From Candidatus Eiseniibacteriota bacterium (GTDB lineage Bacteria > Eisenbacteria > RBG-16-71-46 > CAVPCR01): 64,000 nucleotides of DNA. Below the pieces are notes generated by a model. The model had not been told where the DNA came from. It was given only the letters and a program-made list of their open reading frames with translations, and ran no database searches. Position numbers and translations under genes: made by a program. This document shows, piece after piece, positions 59,123-64,000 of this stretch (positions are counted from its first letter, which is position 1; every line of letters begins with the position of its first letter). Where the stretch lies: positions 1 through 64,000 of the forward strand of contig CAVPCR010000002.1 of assembly GCA_963702435.1 (NCBI GenBank). The letters are read 5' to 3'.

Positions 59123-61306
59123 TCATGAAGCCGACCACATCATGGCCTCGAAATCGGTCCCCGGCGCCCGGAAGACGACCGGCGAGCGCGCCGGCAGCGC
59201 CTCCACCGTGCGCCCGTTCGCCACCCGGAGGATCGCGATCTCGACCATATCCCCGTCCCGGATCATGAGCTCGGTGAAGGGTATCTGCAACTCGATCACC
59301 TGATCCACGGCGCAGGTCGCCCGCGACGGCTCCTCGTGGAAGCCCCCGTCCGCGTAGCGCCAGAGCCGCGCCGGGCGGGCCCGTCCGTTCCGCGGATCGA
59401 GCGGGACCTCGACCCGCACCCGATGCGGCTGCGTGATCTCGAGCACGAGCATCTCATCGTGCGCCGGAGTCGCAATGAACCGCGCCGTCCCGTCCACGCG
59501 CACGAACAGGTGCTCGAGATCGAAGCCGTAGTGGAGCGCGCGCAGCTGGCCGTCGGTCTGGTGCATGGCGCCCCCGCCCTGCGCTGCCTCGACCCGGCCG
59601 GCGAGCTTCCACTCGTAGAAGTGGGTGACCCGCCCGTCGACGGTCGGCGTGATGAAGCGCACCGGCACCTGCTCGTCCGTGCGCGGCCGCCCGAAGCGAC
59701 CCTTGATCACGCCGCGGAGCTCGGGCGGCGGCACGAGCCCCACCGCCTCGTGGGCCGCGGTCAGGTGCGCGCGAAAGAGCTGATCGAACACGTCGACATG
59801 CGCGCACCAGTGGTCGTCGCCGTACCACCAGAACCAGTCCGACCCTTCCGCGATCGCGACATGCCGCCGCGCCGTCGTGACCCCCGGATCATCGGGCGGG
59901 CGCGTCGCCGCCGCCGCCTCGACCGCGGCGCGCGTCCGCGCGAGGAGGTCCCACGCCGCGTTGTCCTCCGGATGCCCGATCCAGATCGCGAAGTTGTGGT
60001 TGATCCATGACCCGGCGAAGAGCCGCTCGATGCGCCGAGACGGCGGATAGCGCGCGATGTAGTCGCTCACCGTCACCATCTCGATCACCGGATGCCGATC
60101 GAGGAGCCCGTAGAGCTCGCGCAGGAAGAAGAGCCCGTCCTCCGGGTAGTACTCCCAGCAGTTCTCCCCGTCGAGAATCACCGGCACGAGCGGCACGTCG
60201 CCGTTCGGCTCGCCCGCCGCGCGCATCACCTGCTCCGCGAAGTCGCGCGCCGCCTCCTTCGGATCCCAGTTCATGTAGCTGAAGCCGACCAGGTCCGAGA
60301 GCCGCTTGTGCCGAAAGATGAGAGCGAGGTCCTCGCCGTCTCCGTTCCCGAGGAGGTAGGCGTAGCGCGGATCGGGGTCGCGCCCGTCGAGCTGCGAGCG
60401 ATAGAGGATCTCCTCGTCCGAGGCGAGCCAGGTGAGCCCGCGCCCGAGGAGACGCCGGACCGCGGCATCCGACACCGAGCCCTCGGAGGGCCACATGCCG
60501 CGCGGCCGCCGGCCGAAGGCCGCCGTGAAGCGCGCGAAGGCGCTCTCGACCTGCGCATCGAAATCGCCGGGGTACTGGATGTGCGCTCGCGGAAGGCGCA
60601 CGTCGGGCATCGCCTCGCGCGCCGCGTCGGAGTCGAGGAGCAACGGCAATATGGGGTGGTAGTACGGGCTCATCGCGAGCTCGACGCGGCCCTCCGCGGC
60701 GAGGCGGCGGTAGAGCGGCACGATCGAGCCCAGGATCTCGATCTGGCGATCGAGGACGAAGTGCTTCTCCTCCTCGCTGAAGCTCCGCCCCTTGTCGGCG
60801 AGGCGCTTGAGCTCGTGATCCACGAAGAAGGTCGGGTCGATCCAGGCCAGGTTGAAGAGCACGATCAGATCGCGGAGCTCGAGGTCGGTGAACAGCGGCG
60901 CCTGGCGGCCGGGGATGCGGTTCTTGAAGCGGCGATGGAGCTCGGCGAGGCGCGGATAGCGCGCGATCATCGTCGCCTCGTTGGCCGAGAAGAAGTTCTC
61001 CTCGACGAAGCGGCGCTCGGCGGGGTCGAGCTCGGCCGGGCCGCGACGGGAGAGATCGAGGAAGCGGTCGGTGCGCCGCCCGCTCACGTAATCGTCGATC
61101 TGCTCGAGCAGGCTCGGAACGACGTTGATCGTGAACTTGACGCGCGGGTAGGACTCGGCGAGCGCGGCCATGTCGTAGTAGTCCTTGGTGCCGTGGAGAC
61201 GCACCCAGGGCAGCTCGAACTGGCCGGTGAACGGGTTCTCGTAGTGTGGCTGATGCATGTGCCACACCAGGGCGAGGCAGACCTTCTCGTGGCGCACGTC
61301 CGCCAT
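59123..61306 (-). CDS. Glycoside hydrolase family 57 (amylopullulanase-like)
   Basis: WHMHQPHY, PWVRLH..KDY, PYYHPILPL, WPSEGSVS, LDGENCWE, AEGSDWFWW. Confidence 0.95.
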   Translation of the reverse strand: MADVRHEKVCLALVWHMHQPHYENPFTGQFELPWVRLHGTKDYYDMAALAESYPRVKFTINVVPSLLEQIDDYVSGRRTDRFLDLSRRGPAELDPAERRFVEENFFSANEATMIARYPRLAELHRRFKNRIPGRQAPLFTDLELRDLIVLFNLAWIDPTFFVDHELKRLADKGRSFSEEEKHFVLDRQIEILGSIVPLYRRLAAEGRVELAMSPYYHPILPLLLDSDAAREAMPDVRLPRAHIQYPGDFDAQVESAFARFTAAFGRRPRGMWPSEGSVSDAAVRRLLGRGLTWLASDEEILYRSQLDGRDPDPRYAYLLGNGDGEDLALIFRHKRLSDLVGFSYMNWDPKEAARDFAEQVMRAAGEPNGDVPLVPVILDGENCWEYYPEDGLFFLRELYGLLDRHPVIEMVTVSDYIARYPPSRRIERLFAGSWINHNFAIWIGHPEDNAAWDLLARTRAAVEAAAATRPPDDPGVTTARRHVAIAEGSDWFWWYGDDHWCAHVDVFDQLFRAHLTAAHEAVGLVPPPELRGVIKGRFGRPRTDEQVPVRFITPTVDGRVTHFYEWKLAGRVEAAQGGGAMHQTDGQLRALHYGFDLEHLFVRVDGTARFIATPAHDEMLVLEITQPHRVRVEVPLDPRNGRARPARLWRYADGGFHEEPSRATCAVDQVIELQIPFTELMIRDGDMVEIAILRVANGRTVEALPARSPVVFRAPGTDFEAMMWSAS

Positions 61307-61400
61307 CGGCTTACGCGGACCTTTTCACGGGGATACCGTTCCTCGCGGGACCTGGCCGGCGCGGCGACTGCTACGGCGACGACGGCGACAACGGCGACGA

Positions 61401-62141
61401 CTACGGAGCTGGGGCCGCCGCGTGCGCGGCGAGCTCGGCCAGACGGAGCTTGGCATCGGCGGCCTGCGGTTCGGCGCCGTACCTGGCGGTGATCTCCTCG
61501 TAGAGTGCCGTGGCCTTGGCCGCCTCCCCCGCTTGCGCCTGGCAGCGGGCCGCCGCGAGCAGATCCTGGATGATCATGGCCTCCGGCTTGACCACCGTCG
61601 TGGTCTGCGGGGCCTTCTTGCGCTCGGGGAGCAGGCGTTCCTCCTCCCGCGCCAGTTCCTCGTAGGCCGCGGCCGCCTCGGCATACTGCTTCGCGTCCTC
61701 GGCGGCCACCCCGAGCCCCCGCCGGCCCAGGCGGCTCAGGTCCCGATCCCCGCGCACGTGCTCGAGGTAGGACCTGTACTCGGCCATCGCGCCCTGGGGA
61801 TCGCCGGTCGCGAGGAGCGCATCCCCGCGCACGAGATGCGCGTGACGGCCGCTCCGCGTGCCGCCGTGCTGGTCGATCACCTGCTTGGCGGTCTCGACCG
61901 CCTGGGTCGGGTTGCCCGACCAGAGCTGGAACTGGGCCTCGGCGAGCTTCGCGGACGCATCCCCCTCGGCGTCGCGGCGGGCGCCGCGCCACACGAAGAT
62001 GAGGGCGACGGCGACGGCGATCGCCCCGACGACGATGGCGATCCGCTTCAGGTTCTCTTCGAGGTACGTCTCGATGCGGACGGTCCAGGTGAGGAGGGGA
62101 TCCTCCTTGATCTGGCGCTTCGTCAGCCGCTTCTGAACCAC
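61401..62141 (-). CDS. Membrane-anchored TPR protein (YfgM-like)
   Basis: AAGGAG RBS, KRQIKEDP, single TM, helical TPR-like repeats. Confidence 0.78.
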   Translation of the reverse strand: MVQKRLTKRQIKEDPLLTWTVRIETYLEENLKRIAIVVGAIAVAVALIFVWRGARRDAEGDASAKLAEAQFQLWSGNPTQAVETAKQVIDQHGGTRSGRHAHLVRGDALLATGDPQGAMAEYRSYLEHVRGDRDLSRLGRRGLGVAAEDAKQYAEAAAAYEELAREEERLLPERKKAPQTTTVVKPEAMIIQDLLAAARCQAQAGEAAKATALYEEITARYGAEPQAADAKLRLAELAAHAAAPAP

Positions 62142-62178
62142 GCTAACTCCTTGCCTTGCAGCTCTTTCCAGCGCTCAC

Positions 62179-63390
62179 TCAGGCGCAGGCCGGGCATGGC
62201 GCCGGCCCCTCCGATACCGAGGACGTGGCATCGTACCACACGCCTCCGGCCCCGACAACGGCCTGGGCGCACGCCCGGCAGGTCGTGCGGCCGCAGCGCT
62301 CGCATCGGGCGCGGCAGCCGGCGCAGAGGAGATGCCCGCCGCTGCAGATCACGGTCTCGGCGGGAGGCGTGCCGCAGGCGGCGCAGCGCACGGCGACGAG
62401 CGATCCGGTCGCCAAGTCGAGCTCGCCCTGCACCTCCTCCTCCCCGCCCTCACCGGGAGCGAGGAGGGGGCGGATCGGCACCCAGACCTCCTCGAGGCCG
62501 AGGAGACTCACCCGCACCTCGGGCGCGTACAGGCGCATCTCGCGCTGCGCGCGCGCGAGCCACTCGAGCTTCCGCGGGCGGGCGGCGAGCGCCGCCTTGC
62601 CCCCCCGCTTCTGCGCGCGAACCTTCTCCTCCTCGATGAGCGCCACGTAGAAGATCTGCAGCCGCTCGTCCTCCTTGGCGAGGAGCGCCTCGGCGCGTTC
62701 AGCGAACCGGGTAACCTCCGGCCCGATCCGGCGCTCGAGCTCGGCATGGGCGATGCGAAGGAGCCCCGGCCCGTCCACCGGAGCCGGGATCTCGATCCCC
62801 GCTTCCGGCTCGTCACCCAGGTTCAGGTTCCGGAAGAAGTCGCGCCCGTCGGCCGCGCGCGCGCCTTCCATGAGGCCGGCCGGGGCCTCGGCCATCACCG
62901 AGCGGATCTCGTCGAACCCGTCGAAGGCGCGATAGGCGACGCGGAACGTGAAGAGGATGCGCGGCCGGTAGAGGGGCGCGCCGAGACGGACGCCGCGGCC
63001 GGCGGCGGGCGGCCGGTTCGCGCCGTCCCCGGCGTTCGCCTCCCCCGCCGCGACCTCCGGCCCCGGCGGCATGAGGGCCAGGAGCGCCTGCTCCGGATCG
63101 AGGCGGCGATCCGCGCGCAGATAGCGGCGGCTCACCGTGCCGCCGGCGCGGGCCAGGCGGAGCATGCGATCGAAGACCTCGTTCCCCGGAACCATGAGGA
63201 AGGCATCGGGATGCTCGGCCCGGTCGGCGGCACGGAACGCGAACGTGGGATTCGCGACCTTGAGCGCGCGCGCGAGCGCCGGAGTGAGCTCCGCCGCGAA
63301 CGGGCCGCGCGGCGCGCCGAGGAGCTTCGCCCCGTGGTGGCGGAGGAAGTCGCGCACAAAGCGCTCGCGGTCGGCCCCGCTCCCGCTCAC
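62179..63390 (-). CDS. YqhG-like protein with Cys-rich Zn-binding C-terminus
   Basis: Coupled (GTGA) to SNF2 helicase; EDERLQIFY coiled segment; several CxxC pairs at the C-terminus. Confidence 0.65.
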   Translation of the reverse strand: MSGSGADRERFVRDFLRHHGAKLLGAPRGPFAAELTPALARALKVANPTFAFRAADRAEHPDAFLMVPGNEVFDRMLRLARAGGTVSRRYLRADRRLDPEQALLALMPPGPEVAAGEANAGDGANRPPAAGRGVRLGAPLYRPRILFTFRVAYRAFDGFDEIRSVMAEAPAGLMEGARAADGRDFFRNLNLGDEPEAGIEIPAPVDGPGLLRIAHAELERRIGPEVTRFAERAEALLAKEDERLQIFYVALIEEEKVRAQKRGGKAALAARPRKLEWLARAQREMRLYAPEVRVSLLGLEEVWVPIRPLLAPGEGGEEEVQGELDLATGSLVAVRCAACGTPPAETVICSGGHLLCAGCRARCERCGRTTCRACAQAVVGAGGVWYDATSSVSEGPAPCPACA

Positions 63391-64000
63391 TCCGTGATCT
63401 CCGCGCGCAGGAGGTCGAAGATCTCGCGATCCAGCTCGCGGATCCGCTCGTAGCGGTGGCGGGCCACCTCGAGCTCCTCGCCGAGCTTCTTGAAGCCGCG
63501 GTCGATCTCGCGCTCGTCCTCCGACGAGGACCAGATGCGGAAGACCGTCTCCTCGATCGCCGGTGCCTCCGGGTAATTGCCCAGGATCAGATCGATCTCG
63601 CCGACCACCAGCTCGAACATGTTGAGCTTCAGGTGCAGGATGTCGAGCACGCGCGACTCGAGGGTCGCCTGCGCTGAGAAGTTGTGGACGAAGACCTCCT
63701 GCTCCTGCCCCAGGCGATGAACGCGTCCGATCCGCTGCTCGACCTTCATCGGGTTCCAGGGGAGGTCGAAGTTGATCACGCGCCGGCAGAACTGGAGGTT
63801 CCCGCCCTCGCCGCCGGCGTCGGTCGAGACCAGGATGCGCGCCGACTGCCGGAAGCGGCGGATCGCATCCTCGCGCTGGGCGTCGCTCATCCCGCCGTAG
63901 AAGGTGGCCACCTCGAGCCCGGCGGCGCGGAGCGCTTCCTCCAGGTAGCGGAGCGTGCCGCGGAACTGCGTGAAGATGATCGCCTTCTCGTCGTTCGCCG
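63387..64000 (-). CDS. SNF2-family helicase, C-terminal part (YqhH-like; truncated by window edge)
   Basis: KAIIFTQFRGT, STDAGGEGGNLQF, NFDLPWNPMKVEQRIGRVHRLGQ, KLNMFELVVGE. Confidence 0.92.
   Translation of the reverse strand, partial: ANDEKAIIFTQFRGTLRYLEEALRAAGLEVATFYGGMSDAQREDAIRRFRQSARILVSTDAGGEGGNLQFCRRVINFDLPWNPMKVEQRIGRVHRLGQEQEVFVHNFSAQATLESRVLDILHLKLNMFELVVGEIDLILGNYPEAPAIEETVFRIWSSSEDEREIDRGFKKLGEELEVARHRYERIRELDREIFDLLRAEITE

Noticed and set aside
61363..61406. Imperfect 9-bp ACGGCGACG-type repeat between the TPR and GH57 genes
   Set aside because: Short low-complexity tract with no supportable function.

Overview
GC-rich bacterial chromosomal DNA. The FlgD/T9SS-like C-terminal domain and the TWG-tailed secreted proteins suggest an FCB-group-like lineage (inference, not tested). 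1-33 kb is a large surface-polysaccharide locus: AsnB-type amidotransferase, GT2/GT4s, O-antigen-ligase-like protein, four DegT aminotransferases, three deacetylases, GNAT/FemAB/ATP-grasp enzymes, methyltransferases, a kinase, two priming sugar transferases with sigma-54-type promoters, an NtrC-type activator and a WbpB/D/E-like trio. It resembles exosortase/PEP-CTERM-associated EPS loci, but no exosortase or PEP-CTERM gene is in the window. 33-38 kb holds lptE, holA, trxA and a multiply frameshifted leuS (probably sequence error). 38-48 kb holds a TlpA-type thioredoxin, a 1615-aa gingipain-like (C25) protein and a tandem array of four paralogous Cys-rich secreted genes (one decayed). All four end in TWG(Q/S/G)IKxx(Y/F), a tail also found on an unrelated CHRD protein, making it the best candidate here for an undescribed C-terminal sorting signal. 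A 28-bp dif (XerCD) site at 47751-47778 sits where gene orientation flips from + to -, suggesting the replication terminus. The right arm carries MarR, CHRD, M48 peptidase, cyclase, CcsBA, a DUF2341/LamG protein, a DUF547 remnant, HtrA, DUF4870, GH57, a TPR protein and a YqhG/YqhH-like SNF2 pair. All calls come from reading motifs by eye; no searches were run.
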